32,000 nucleotides of DNA. Source: Shewanella sp. GD04112. GTDB lineage: Bacteria > Pseudomonadota > Gammaproteobacteria > Enterobacterales > Shewanellaceae. The position numbers and the translations under genes are program-made. The stretch's first letter is position 1, and every line of letters begins with the position of its first letter. The DNA lies in NCBI RefSeq assembly GCF_029835735.1, contig NZ_JAOEAL010000001.1, forward strand, positions 2,470,530 to 2,502,529, given 5' to 3'. The notes under the pieces were generated by a model, which worked only from the letters and a program-made list of their open reading frames with translations, ran no database searches and was not told the origin of the DNA. Positions 1 through 9,220 of the stretch are shown here, piece by piece.

Positions 1-2089
1 ACACAAATCAGTCCATGTGAAGTTATCCCGTACTTGGACCAATAAAGGCACTGTCTCCGGCGATGTGACTGGTAGTTACCAACAGGGCGATGACAACCAA
101 ATCACCTTAATACTAGACAATTTAGGCACTTTTGAAGGCGTACTCGCCTGGCAATGGGATCCTGAGCAAAACAAACTCATGCCAACCTTTAGCGCCATTT
201 CTAATGATGGGGTGAGTATTTGGGGCGTGAAGCTCACCGATAAAACCACTGAGGAAATTTTATCGGCATCGGCAAATGGCATTAGCCTGCCGACCGAAGT
301 CACCGAAGGCACGCTCGCCTTACCGACACAAGGTACCCGTGGGTCAACTATCGAGTGGAAATCGAGCGACGAGTCAGTAATCAGAACCGATGGCACCATT
401 ATCCGACCCAACGTTGGCGAGGGCGATAAGGTCGTGACCTTAACCGCGACAATTATGGTCAACGGTAAGAAGGTGACTAAAACCTTCCAAATTACCGTAT
501 TTGCCCATAAAACCTATAACCGTATTGCCCACTACAGCTTCGAGAATAACCTCAAGGATTCCCTAGGCTTATTTGGTGATGGTCAACCCACTGGCGATAG
601 GATCTTCAAAGCGGGTGATGCCATTGGTTACGCCACAGGCTTTGAAGGACAAGCCCTATCATTAGATGGTGCCCACGGGGTGTTACTGCCATCGGGCATT
701 ATCTCCAGCTACGAGTACACAGTGTCTTTCTGGGCAAGTCCTGTGGTTATCACAGGATTTACCACGGCATTCTTCGGCGCAGTTAACGAGCAAACCGCTG
801 AAGATGGTAGCAAGTTCTCCAATACCTGGGTCAGCTTGCTGCCACAGGGCTGGGACGGTAATACCATGTTCTGGAGCCATAATATCGATACCAGTGGCAG
901 CTCAGTACTGGAGACCTGGTTTGATGGTGTAACGGGTGAGCGCATCGCTGAAAACACTTGGTCGCATCTGGCGTTCTCCGTCAATAAAGGGCTCGTTAAA
1001 GTCTTTATCAACGGGGTTGAGCGCTTTAGCAGCGGTAACCTTGCCAACTACTTTACGGGGGCTCAGGGCGTTTTCGGTCTTGGGGTTAACTACTGGGATG
1101 TTCCATACAACGGCCTTATCGATGAGCTAAAAGTATATGAAGCGGCATTAACGGCTGAAGAAGTCAAAGCCCTCGATATCGACAAGTTAGCCGATAGTGA
1201 ACTCTTGTCCTCAGCAACGGCCATTCTGGAGCTAGGCGACTTATCGGCGGTGCGTGAAAACATCGAACTGCCAGTAACGGGTCCTTATGCTTCGGCCATT
1301 TCATGGGAATCGTCAGATCCAACGACTATTGATACTCATGGTGGCGTAACGCAACCTGTTCGTGGTGAAGAAGACAAGGTTGTCACCTTAACGGCGACCT
1401 TAAAACTGGGTAATGCGACCCAAACCAAAGTCTTCACGGCAACCGTTAAAGCTAAGAATCCGCCAACACCGGTCGCAATCTATAGTTTTGAAGACAATCT
1501 TAACGACAGTACCGCTAACTTCGGCGCGGGCACTGTAGTGGGTAACCTGATTGGCGTTGAAGGCGGTAAAATCAGCTATGTGGATGGCGCGGTAGGCAAG
1601 GCGGCGGTCTTTGATGGTGCCTCTGGTATTGTATTGCCGAATAACCTTATCAAAGACTACACCTATTCAGTGTCAATGTGGCTCAACCCTGAGCAGCTGA
1701 ATAAGTACACTACAGCCTTGTTTGGTTATGCGACGGATTCCAGCTGGACCAGCGTCTTACCAGGCGGTCAAAATGATTATGAGCGCATGGTGTTATGGTC
1801 AGGCACAGCATGGTACGACGGTAGAACTGGTTTTGTGATGCCAAAATCCCAATGGACGCACCTTGCGTACACAGTGAATGGCGGCGAGGTGAAGGTCTAT
1901 ATCAATGGTGAATTGAAGTTTACCGGCGCGAACTTCCCGAACATATTCTCAGTACCGACCACTAAGTTTGCGGTCGGGGTTAACTTCTGGGATGTGCCTT
2001 TCAAAGGGGCAATCGATGAAATCAAGTTCTATGACGAAGCGATTACTGAACAAGATGTGGCTGATTTATTTGGCGAATCTAATCAATAA
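1..2089 (+). CDS. Extracellular repeat protein, 3' portion: two [bacterial Ig-like + LamG/concanavalin-A-like lectin] modules; 5' end lies outside the window
   Basis: The frame is open from base 2 to TAA at 2087-2089; the track ORF starts at an internal GTG at 17. There are two internal repeats. Each has an Ig-like segment (LPTEVTEGTLALPTQGTRGSTIEWKSSDESVI..GEGDKVVTLTATI and LPVTGPYASAISWESSDPTTI..GEEDKVVTLTATL) followed by a LamG-type segment (HYSFENNLKDS...IDELKVYEAALTAEEV and IYSFEDNLNDS...IDEIKFYDEAITEQDV). Confidence 0.7.
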   Translation, partial: HKSVHVKLSRTWTNKGTVSGDVTGSYQQGDDNQITLILDNLGTFEGVLAWQWDPEQNKLMPTFSAISNDGVSIWGVKLTDKTTEEILSASANGISLPTEVTEGTLALPTQGTRGSTIEWKSSDESVIRTDGTIIRPNVGEGDKVVTLTATIMVNGKKVTKTFQITVFAHKTYNRIAHYSFENNLKDSLGLFGDGQPTGDRIFKAGDAIGYATGFEGQALSLDGAHGVLLPSGIISSYEYTVSFWASPVVITGFTTAFFGAVNEQTAEDGSKFSNTWVSLLPQGWDGNTMFWSHNIDTSGSSVLETWFDGVTGERIAENTWSHLAFSVNKGLVKVFINGVERFSSGNLANYFTGAQGVFGLGVNYWDVPYNGLIDELKVYEAALTAEEVKALDIDKLADSELLSSATAILELGDLSAVRENIELPVTGPYASAISWESSDPTTIDTHGGVTQPVRGEEDKVVTLTATLKLGNATQTKVFTATVKAKNPPTPVAIYSFEDNLNDSTANFGAGTVVGNLIGVEGGKISYVDGAVGKAAVFDGASGIVLPNNLIKDYTYSVSMWLNPEQLNKYTTALFGYATDSSWTSVLPGGQNDYERMVLWSGTAWYDGRTGFVMPKSQWTHLAYTVNGGEVKVYINGELKFTGANFPNIFSVPTTKFAVGVNFWDVPFKGAIDEIKFYDEAITEQDVADLFGESNQ

Positions 2090-2114
2090 TCTAGATTAGC
2101 TGTCTATACTGAAA

Positions 2115-2136
2115 GCACCCATTCGGGTGCTTTTTT
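2115..2136 (+). terminator. Rho-independent terminator after the LamG-repeat gene
   Basis: Stem gcaccc (2115-2120), loop attc, stem gggtgc (2125-2130), then T6 (2131-2136). It lies 26 nt after the stop codon. Confidence 0.75.
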
Positions 2137-2187
2137 ATTGTCTGCAACATTGCAATTGAGTTTGGTTATCCGCGACTAAGGAATTTG

Positions 2188-3052
2188 ATGACTGTTTTTC
2201 GTCTATTTATGCTAACGACGCTTACCATGTTGGCCTTTGCCTGTAACTCGATACTTTGCCGGCTTGCGTTAAAGGATGGCAGTATCGATGCCTGCAGCTT
2301 TACCCTGATCCGCTTGTTGTCTGGGGCCATCATGCTCTTGCTATTAAGCCTTAACAAGCCTGCACCGGAGGCCAAGGGCCATTGGAGGCCAAGGGCCATT
2401 GGAGCTCAGCCTTGGCATTGTTTGTCTACGCAGCGGGGTTTTCCTACGCCTATATCAATATGACGGCCTCAATGGGGGCACTGCTACTCTTTGGCGCCGT
2501 TCAAGCCACCATGATTGGCTATGGGCTGTACCGAAAAGAACCCTTTAATACCAGACAATGGTTTGGGTTGGCCTGCGCAGCCGCGGGGTTGCTTTTTCTG
2601 TTGTTACCCGGGCTGTCGGCGCCGCCGCTTTTGAGCTCATTGCTGATGATAAGCGCCGGAGTCGCTTGGGGGATTTACTCGATTAAAGGCAAAGGGGCCC
2701 AGCATCCCATTCCAATCAGTGCGGGCAACTTTATCCGCACTGTGCCGATGGCACTGTTATTACTGCTATTAGTTCGAGATCCCTTAGCGGTAAGTCAGAT
2801 GGGAATTATCTATGCGTTAGTCTCAGGCGCCATCGCTTCAGGCTTAGGTTATGCAATTTGGTATTCTATATTACCTTTATTGTCATCTACTTACGCCGCT
2901 ACTGTACAATTGAGTGTGCCGTTAATTGCCGTGGGGGAGTGCTATTGCTGAGTGAACCCCTGAGCCTTCGATTATTGGCAGCTTCCTGTGCCATCCTCGG
3001 TGGCATTGCACTGGTTGTGCTCAGCAAATCTGCACCACAAAATAAAAGCTAA
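2188..3052 (+). pseudogene. EamA/DMT-family (drug/metabolite transporter) gene disrupted by two frameshifts
   Basis: One multi-TM protein is split over three frames (track ORFs 2185..2463, 2382..2951, 2858..3052). The ATG at 2188 follows aaggaa. Break 1 is the 17-bp tandem duplication at 2367-2400. Break 2 is at the G5 run 2934-2938, where one extra G would read ..LIAVGGVLLLSEPLSLRLL.., a typical EamA C-terminus. Confidence 0.75.
2367..2404 (+). repeat. Perfect 17-bp tandem duplication (ggaggccaagggccatt x2, plus ggag)
   Basis: 2367-2383 is identical to 2384-2400, and the next 4 nt repeat again. Removing one copy restores ..PEAKGHWSSALALFVYAAGFSYAY.. in a single frame. Confidence 0.95.
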
Positions 3053-3151
3053 ATAGAAAGAAACATTTATCTTTTCCTTTTGCCCTTGCGTCATCCAACG
3101 CCTTGTTTAAGAATAAGGCCATTCTGGGTAAAAGGATGTCTTGAGTAAATC

Positions 3152-4048
3152 ATGCAAACGGTCACGGTTGGCGAGCTGTTGATGACAATCCCTGTTGGCA
3201 ACCGCCTTGGTGAAGGTGTGTTATGGGATGAGTTACACCAATCCATTTGGTGGACCGACATTTTATCCGCTGTGATTTATCGTTTTCATCTCGACAACCG
3301 CACCTTAGATACTTTCCCCATGCCGCATCGCGTCGGCTCCTTTGGCCTCACGGTAATGCCTACAACACTTATCGTCGCATTCGATATCGGTATTGCATTC
3401 TATGATCTTGAAGATAAAAGCCTGACATGGCTGGCGCAGCCAGAGGCTCAGATTGAGGGAAATCGCTTTAACGATGGTCGCATCGATAGGCAAGGGCGTT
3501 TTTGGGCAGGCACTATGGTGGAACAACGTCAAAGTGCAGCACAACACGCCGCCCTGTATTGCATTGACGAGAAAGGGTATTGCCACCAACGCCTAACGTA
3601 TCTCGAAATCTCCAACGGCCTATGCTGGAGTCCAGATGGACGAACGCTCTACCATGCCGATTCGCCAACACATCAAATCCATCAATATGATGTTGATATC
3701 CAAACGGGTTTATTAAGTCGTAAGCGCCTTTTTGCGACCACCAGCCATCATATTTTCCCTGATGGTTCAGATGTCGATGCGGCGGGTTACCTCTGGAATG
3801 CCCAGTGGGGCGGTGGCCAAGTGGTGCGCTATCGTCCCAATGGTGAAGTCGATCTTATCCTCAAATTGCCCGTTACCCATCCAACCAGCATCGCCTTTGG
3901 CGGCGAAAGACGCGATCTGTTGATCGTCACCAGTGCCAAACACTCACTTGAGGCATCGCAATTAGAGCAAGAACCGCAAGCCGGCGATGTGTTTATCTAC
4001 CAATTAAATGGAATTTGTGGCTTAGACAGTCCGCGCTTTAACGGTTAG
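3152..4048 (+). CDS. SMP-30/gluconolactonase/LRE-like family protein (beta-propeller lactonase-type)
   Basis: 298-aa ORF. The N-terminal GEGVLWDELHQSIWWTDI motif, later NDGRIDRQGRFWAGTM, LYHADSPTHQI and IAFGG.....L.VTSA are the pattern I associate with this family. Confidence 0.7.
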   Translation: MQTVTVGELLMTIPVGNRLGEGVLWDELHQSIWWTDILSAVIYRFHLDNRTLDTFPMPHRVGSFGLTVMPTTLIVAFDIGIAFYDLEDKSLTWLAQPEAQIEGNRFNDGRIDRQGRFWAGTMVEQRQSAAQHAALYCIDEKGYCHQRLTYLEISNGLCWSPDGRTLYHADSPTHQIHQYDVDIQTGLLSRKRLFATTSHHIFPDGSDVDAAGYLWNAQWGGGQVVRYRPNGEVDLILKLPVTHPTSIAFGGERRDLLIVTSAKHSLEASQLEQEPQAGDVFIYQLNGICGLDSPRFNG

Positions 4049-4526
4049 TTTGCGATAAAAATCGCTAATACCTTTTATTGAATCAATTTATTGCTTACAA
4101 AACGCTCTGCACTGAGGATAGATAAGTGATTTTCTAAGGTGTTTTCATCACTCAAGTGGCAACTATTCGCTGCCGTTTATACCGCTTAACTCACTGCTAG
4201 CTACATTGATAGAGACCACTGTTAGCAACATCCATTGGAAAAACGGTTGTTTTCTGCCGATCATTTCTCTTAAATTGTGATCTTGCTCTAAAAGTGCCTA
4301 ATCGGTATTTTCATTCATATTTTGACCAATCGCCGTCACTTTTGTGATGCGCGTCAACAATAAGATTTACCCCAAATGGAACTTGGTACAAAGTGGACAA
4401 AATGGCTAATCAAAATGTCCATGTCGATAAAATCACTTAAATATCGCAATCTGCAATTTTTATAGATTTTAATTCCAGCGAACATCATATAAACAACTTA
4501 TTTTGGTTAAATATTCTTTTGAAGTC

Positions 4527-4548
4527 TTAATGTGATTTTGATCACCTG
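4527..4548 (+). promoter_or_regulatory. CRP-like binding site upstream of fdnG
   Basis: ttaaTGTGAttttgaTCACCtg matches TGTGA-N6-TCACA at 9/10 core positions and lies about 125 nt upstream of the fdnG ATG. Additional TGTGA half-sites occur at about 4278 and 4343. Confidence 0.4.
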
Positions 4549-4669
4549 TTAGAAATTGTCATTATTAGTCACTTTTTTATACTCGCACCATGAGTAGGGT
4601 TAAGTTCTCTACTCAAGCCTGCAGCGTACGCGCTGCAACTTAGTGAGCACATAAAAGAGAGTGTGTGAA

Positions 4670-7600
4670 ATGACAATGAATAGACGACAGTTTTTTAAAC
4701 TCTGTGCTGTGGGAGCCGCGACTTCTACTATTTCTGCACTGGGGTTGATGTCCGAAAAGGCATTTGCATCCGTCAGAGGTTTTAAATTGCTACGCGCAAA
4801 AGAGACGCGTAACAATTGTTGCTACTGCTCTGTGGGTTGTGGGTTGTTGATGTACAGCCAGAGCAGCAACGGGAAGAATGCGGAGCAGAGCATTTTTCAT
4901 ATTGAGGGCGATGCCGATAATCCAATTAACCGCGGTGCTCTGTGTCCTAAGGGTGCAGGCTTGGTTGACTATGTAAACAGCCCCCACCGTTTGAAATATC
5001 CTGAAGTGCGTTTACCCGGTTCGGATAAATGGCAGCGCATTAGCTGGCATGAGGCCTTTAAGCGTATCGCAAGACTCATCAAAGACGAGCGCGATGCCAA
5101 TCTGGTTGAAAAAAATGCCCAGGGTCAAACCGTTAACCGCTTAGTCAGCCTAGGCATGATGACCTCATCGGCCCAAGCAAACGAAGGCTGCTACATCACC
5201 CATAAGTTCGGCCGTGCCATTGGTATGCTAGGGATAGATAACATCGCCCGCGTTTGCCACGCCCCAACACCAGCCGCAATGGCGCCCACCTTTGGCCGCG
5301 GTGCTATGACGAGCCACTGGGCGGATATGAAAAATACCGATCTGGCCATTGTGATGGGTGGTAATGCAGCAGAAGCGCATCCCGTTGGTTTTGGTTGGGT
5401 GACAGAAGCGATGGAGCATAACAACGCCAAGTTGATTGTGGTCGATCCGCGCTTTAACCGCAGTGCTGCCGTCGCCGATTTATATGCGCCTATTCGTTCG
5501 GGCACTGATATTGCCTTCCTGCTCGGCATGATCCGCTACTTGCTCGAAACACAGCAAATCAACCTTAACTATGTCAAAGCCTATACCAACGCCACGTTTA
5601 TCGTGCGGGAAGACTTTGAATTTAACGACGGTTTATTCAGTGGCTACGATGAGGCTAACCATAAATACGACCAATCCACTTGGTTCTATGAGTTAGATGA
5701 AGAGGGCTACGCCAAGGTTGACCCTAGCTTAAGTCATCCACGCTGCGTGATTAACCTGTTGAAAAAACACGTTGATCGCTACGATCCTGACACAGTGTCC
5801 AGCATCACGGGTACGCCTAAAGACGCCTATCTTGAAGTATGTCAGCAAATTGGGGCGACCCATGTTGACCATAAAGCCGCAACCTTCCTGTATGCCCTCG
5901 GTTGGACACAGCACAGCGTCGGCGCGCAAAACATCCGCACCATGGCGATGATCCAATTGCTGCTTGGCAATATGGGGATCATGGGCGGCGGCGTGAATGC
6001 GCTGCGTGGTCACTCAAACGTTCAAGGCGCGACAGACTTAGGTTTATTGTGCCAAGGATTACCTGGCTACCTGAAACTGCCTCAAGATAGAGATGTTGAT
6101 TTACAAAACTATTTAGCCCATTACACCCCAAAAGCCTTAAGACCAAACCAAACCAACTATTGGCACAATTACCCAGCCTTTACCGTGTCGTTGTTAAAAG
6201 CGTTTTTCGGTGATCATGCCACCGCAGAAAACGATTATGGTTATGACTGGCTGCCAAAGTGGGACCAACAGTACGATATCAATAAGCAAATCGACATGAT
6301 GGTTCACGGTGAGGTCAATGGCTACTTTATCCAAGGTATCAACGCACTTAACTCCCAGCCCGATAAGCAAAAAGTGTCTAAGGGCTTATCTAATCTGAAG
6401 TTCTTAGTAGTGCTCGATGCACTGGCAAATGAAACTTCCAGCTTCTGGCGCAATGCGGGTCAGTTTAACGATGTGGATACCGCCAGCATTCAAACTGAAG
6501 TCTTCCGCTTACCCACAACCTGTTTTGCTGAGGAAAGTGGTTCAATTGCTAACTCGAGCCGTTGGTTACAATGGCACTTTAAGGGCGCCAATCCACCCGG
6601 CGAAGCCTTATCAGATCCGGCAATTCTTTCTGGCATCATGCTGGAATTAAAACGTTTATACCGTGAAGAGGGCGGCCGTTTACCTGAGCCGATTGAAGCC
6701 ATCAAGTGGGATTACGCGATGGAGCATGAACCCAGCTCCGAGGAAATCGCGCAGGAGATGAATGGTTATGATCTCACGACCGGTAAGCTACTCAATGGCT
6801 TCTCCGAGTTAAAAGCCGATGGCTCAACCTCATGCGGTATTTGGGTTTACTCGGGAATGTGGACCGAAGCGGGCAACCTCATGGCGCGTCGTGATAATAG
6901 CGATCCATCCGGTAAAGGCATTACCCCGAATTGGTCATTCGCTTGGCCTGCAAACCGCCGTATCTTGTATAACCGCGCTTCCTGCGACGTGCAAGGTAAG
7001 CCGCGCGATCCGAGCCGTGTACTGCTCGAATACAAGGACAACAAGTGGCAGGGCATTGATGTGCCAGACTTTAATGCCAAGTTGAATGCCGAAGATTCGG
7101 CCCATCCTTTCATCATGCAAGCCGATGGTGTTGGCCACTTATTTGCCCTGCGTGACTTAAAAGATGGTCCATTCCCAGAGCATTATGAGCCGTTCGAATC
7201 GCCACTGGCGAGTAACCCGCTGCATCCTAAAGTCACCAATAATCCGGTGGCGCGGATGTTCAAAGGCTTACGTGAAAGCTTTGGTACCAATGAAGAATTC
7301 CCCTATGTTGGCACCACTTACTCGATGACGGAGCACTTCAACAACTGGACCACGCATTGTCACCTAGCTGCGATTACCCAGCCACAACACTTTATCGAAA
7401 TCGATGAAACGTTAGCGGCGGAAAAGGGCATCAATAACGGTGATTGGGTCAAAGTAAGCTCCAAGCGCTCGCATATTGTCACTAAGGCCTATGTGACTAA
7501 ACGACTCCAACCCATGATGGTTCAGGGCAAAAAAGTCCACACCATTGGTATTCCACGCCATGGCAGTTACGAGGCCCTGACGCAAAAGAGTTATATCGTC

Positions 7601-7693
7601 AACGAGCTAACTTCATCTGTGGGCGATGCCAACACCCAAACCCCTGAATATAAAGCATTCCTTGTGAATATTGCCAAAGCGGAGGGCTTCTAA
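4670..7693 (+). CDS. fdnG: Formate dehydrogenase-N type, alpha (molybdopterin catalytic) subunit, Tat-exported, cysteine variant
   Basis: Twin-arginine signal MTMNRRQFFKLCAVGAATS...AFA. N-terminal Fe-S cysteines CCYCSVGCG. Active-site stretch ARVCHAPTPAAMAPTFGRGAMT, with TGC at 5255-5257 where E. coli FdnG has Sec. The ATG at 4670 follows aaagagag; the track start GTG 4661 is less likely. Confidence 0.9.
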   Translation: MTMNRRQFFKLCAVGAATSTISALGLMSEKAFASVRGFKLLRAKETRNNCCYCSVGCGLLMYSQSSNGKNAEQSIFHIEGDADNPINRGALCPKGAGLVDYVNSPHRLKYPEVRLPGSDKWQRISWHEAFKRIARLIKDERDANLVEKNAQGQTVNRLVSLGMMTSSAQANEGCYITHKFGRAIGMLGIDNIARVCHAPTPAAMAPTFGRGAMTSHWADMKNTDLAIVMGGNAAEAHPVGFGWVTEAMEHNNAKLIVVDPRFNRSAAVADLYAPIRSGTDIAFLLGMIRYLLETQQINLNYVKAYTNATFIVREDFEFNDGLFSGYDEANHKYDQSTWFYELDEEGYAKVDPSLSHPRCVINLLKKHVDRYDPDTVSSITGTPKDAYLEVCQQIGATHVDHKAATFLYALGWTQHSVGAQNIRTMAMIQLLLGNMGIMGGGVNALRGHSNVQGATDLGLLCQGLPGYLKLPQDRDVDLQNYLAHYTPKALRPNQTNYWHNYPAFTVSLLKAFFGDHATAENDYGYDWLPKWDQQYDINKQIDMMVHGEVNGYFIQGINALNSQPDKQKVSKGLSNLKFLVVLDALANETSSFWRNAGQFNDVDTASIQTEVFRLPTTCFAEESGSIANSSRWLQWHFKGANPPGEALSDPAILSGIMLELKRLYREEGGRLPEPIEAIKWDYAMEHEPSSEEIAQEMNGYDLTTGKLLNGFSELKADGSTSCGIWVYSGMWTEAGNLMARRDNSDPSGKGITPNWSFAWPANRRILYNRASCDVQGKPRDPSRVLLEYKDNKWQGIDVPDFNAKLNAEDSAHPFIMQADGVGHLFALRDLKDGPFPEHYEPFESPLASNPLHPKVTNNPVARMFKGLRESFGTNEEFPYVGTTYSMTEHFNNWTTHCHLAAITQPQHFIEIDETLAAEKGINNGDWVKVSSKRSHIVTKAYVTKRLQPMMVQGKKVHTIGIPRHGSYEALTQKSYIVNELTSSVGDANTQTPEYKAFLVNIAKAEGF

Positions 7694-7695
7694 TT

Positions 7696-8598
7696 ATGGC
7701 TTCTCAAGATATTATCCGCATCTCAGGCACCACGGACATCACCCCCGCGTCTCAAGCACGCATTGGTGCGGTCCAGCAGGTGACTAAGCTGTTTGATGCG
7801 ACCAAATGTACCGGCTGTAAGGCATGTCAGGTTGCCTGCTCCGAATGGAATGACCTTCGTGAAGATGTCGGCACTTTCCAAGGCAGTTACCAGAACCCGA
7901 TGATACTGTCTCCAGAAAGCTGGAACATAATGCAATATCACGAAGTGATGGATAACAATAAGTTGCGTTGGCAATTTACCCACACTGCCTGTATGCACTG
8001 CGCCGATCCAGCCTGCTTAAAAGCTTGTTCTACCAGCGGCGCGATTGTGCAACATGCCAATGGCACTGTGGATTTTGACTCGAACAAGTGTATTGGCTGT
8101 GGTTATTGCGCCAGTGCCTGTCCTTTCAACGTGCCTAAGATCAGTGCCAAAGATAACAAAGCCTATAAGTGCACCCTGTGCTCCGATAGGCTCGCCGTTG
8201 GCCTCGAGCCTTCCTGTGTTAAAACCTGCACCGTGGGAGCGCTGCGTTTTGGCACCCGCGAAGACATGTTGTTCTATGCCGAAAAACGCGTCGAGCAGTT
8301 AAAGGAACGCGGTTTTAGCAAGGCGGGACTTTATAACCCCGAGGGCGTTGGTGGTACGCATATGATGATGATCCTCCACGACATCACACAACCCGAAACC
8401 TATGGCATGCCAAAGGATCCGCAAATCCCCGCCGCCACCGAATGGCGTCAAGATTGGCTCAAACCTTTGGGCACCGCAGGCTTGCTCGCAACGGCGGCGT
8501 TCGCCCTGATGCACCGCATTGCGGTAGGGCGCAACATCGTCGAGGAAGATCAGCCCGGTTACATTGATGCCGGTGCCACAGAGGAGGAAAAGCAATGA
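7696..8598 (+). CDS. fdnH: Formate dehydrogenase iron-sulfur (beta) subunit
   Basis: Four ferredoxin-type Cys clusters (CTGCKACQVACSEWN; CMHCADPACLKAC; CIGCGYCASACP; CTLCSDR..EPSCVKTC) and a C-terminal TM helix. It is collinear with E. coli FdnH as I recall it and starts 3 nt after the fdnG stop. Confidence 0.9.
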   Translation: MASQDIIRISGTTDITPASQARIGAVQQVTKLFDATKCTGCKACQVACSEWNDLREDVGTFQGSYQNPMILSPESWNIMQYHEVMDNNKLRWQFTHTACMHCADPACLKACSTSGAIVQHANGTVDFDSNKCIGCGYCASACPFNVPKISAKDNKAYKCTLCSDRLAVGLEPSCVKTCTVGALRFGTREDMLFYAEKRVEQLKERGFSKAGLYNPEGVGGTHMMMILHDITQPETYGMPKDPQIPAATEWRQDWLKPLGTAGLLATAAFALMHRIAVGRNIVEEDQPGYIDAGATEEEKQ

Positions 8599-9218
8599 GT
8601 CATAAAGAGATGATAGTGCGCCATAAGCTCGTTGATCGTCTGTGTCACTGGACCATAGTCTTTGTGGGATTAGTGACCTTTTTAACGGGATTCTCGTTTT
8701 TTTACCCTTCGTTCCAGTGGCTGAGTGGCATTGTTGGCACACCACAACTGGCAAAAGTGATGCATCCATTCTTCGGGATCGCTATGTGTCTGCTGCTGGC
8801 GGTGATGCTGATCCGCTATTACCAGCACAATAAGTGGAATAAGTACGATTTGCCCTGGATGAAAGCCGTGGTGTGGGTGCTACTGCAAAAAGAAGAGAAC
8901 ATTCCGCCCGTGGGCCATTACAACCCAGGTCAGAAAATGTTATTCCGCGCCTTTGTGGTTTTTGTACTGGCGTTTCTGATCAGCGGCATCATGATGTGGC
9001 AACCTTATTTTGCCCCCATGTTCTCGGCAGAAGCCGTCAATTGGGCCACCTTAGTCCACTCGGCCTGCGGCATATTAATGCTGTTATCCCTGGTGGTACA
9101 CGTATGGATGGCCTGCTGGATTGAAGGATCTATCACTGGGATGCTCTACGGCAAAGTCTCTAAGGCTTGGGCTCGTAAGCACCACCCAGCCATGTTAGAA
9201 GAACACGAGGAAAAATAG
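8595..9218 (+). CDS. fdnI: Formate dehydrogenase cytochrome b556 (gamma) subunit
   Basis: 4-TM protein with MIVRHKLVDRLCHWT...HPFFGIAM...YNPGQKM...GKVSKAWARKHHP, matching the FdnI pattern. ATGA overlap with fdnH. Confidence 0.85.
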   Translation: MSHKEMIVRHKLVDRLCHWTIVFVGLVTFLTGFSFFYPSFQWLSGIVGTPQLAKVMHPFFGIAMCLLLAVMLIRYYQHNKWNKYDLPWMKAVVWVLLQKEENIPPVGHYNPGQKMLFRAFVVFVLAFLISGIMMWQPYFAPMFSAEAVNWATLVHSACGILMLLSLVVHVWMACWIEGSITGMLYGKVSKAWARKHHPAMLEEHEEK

Positions 9219-9220
9219 CG

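Noticed and set aside
4670-7693. Selenocysteine recoding/SECIS element in fdnG
   Set aside because: There is no in-frame TGA, and the aligned active-site codon is TGC (Cys).
8299-8769. 156-aa minus-strand ORF spanning the fdnH/fdnI junction
   Set aside because: It is antisense to two confidently identified genes and has no motif support. It is a shadow ORF.
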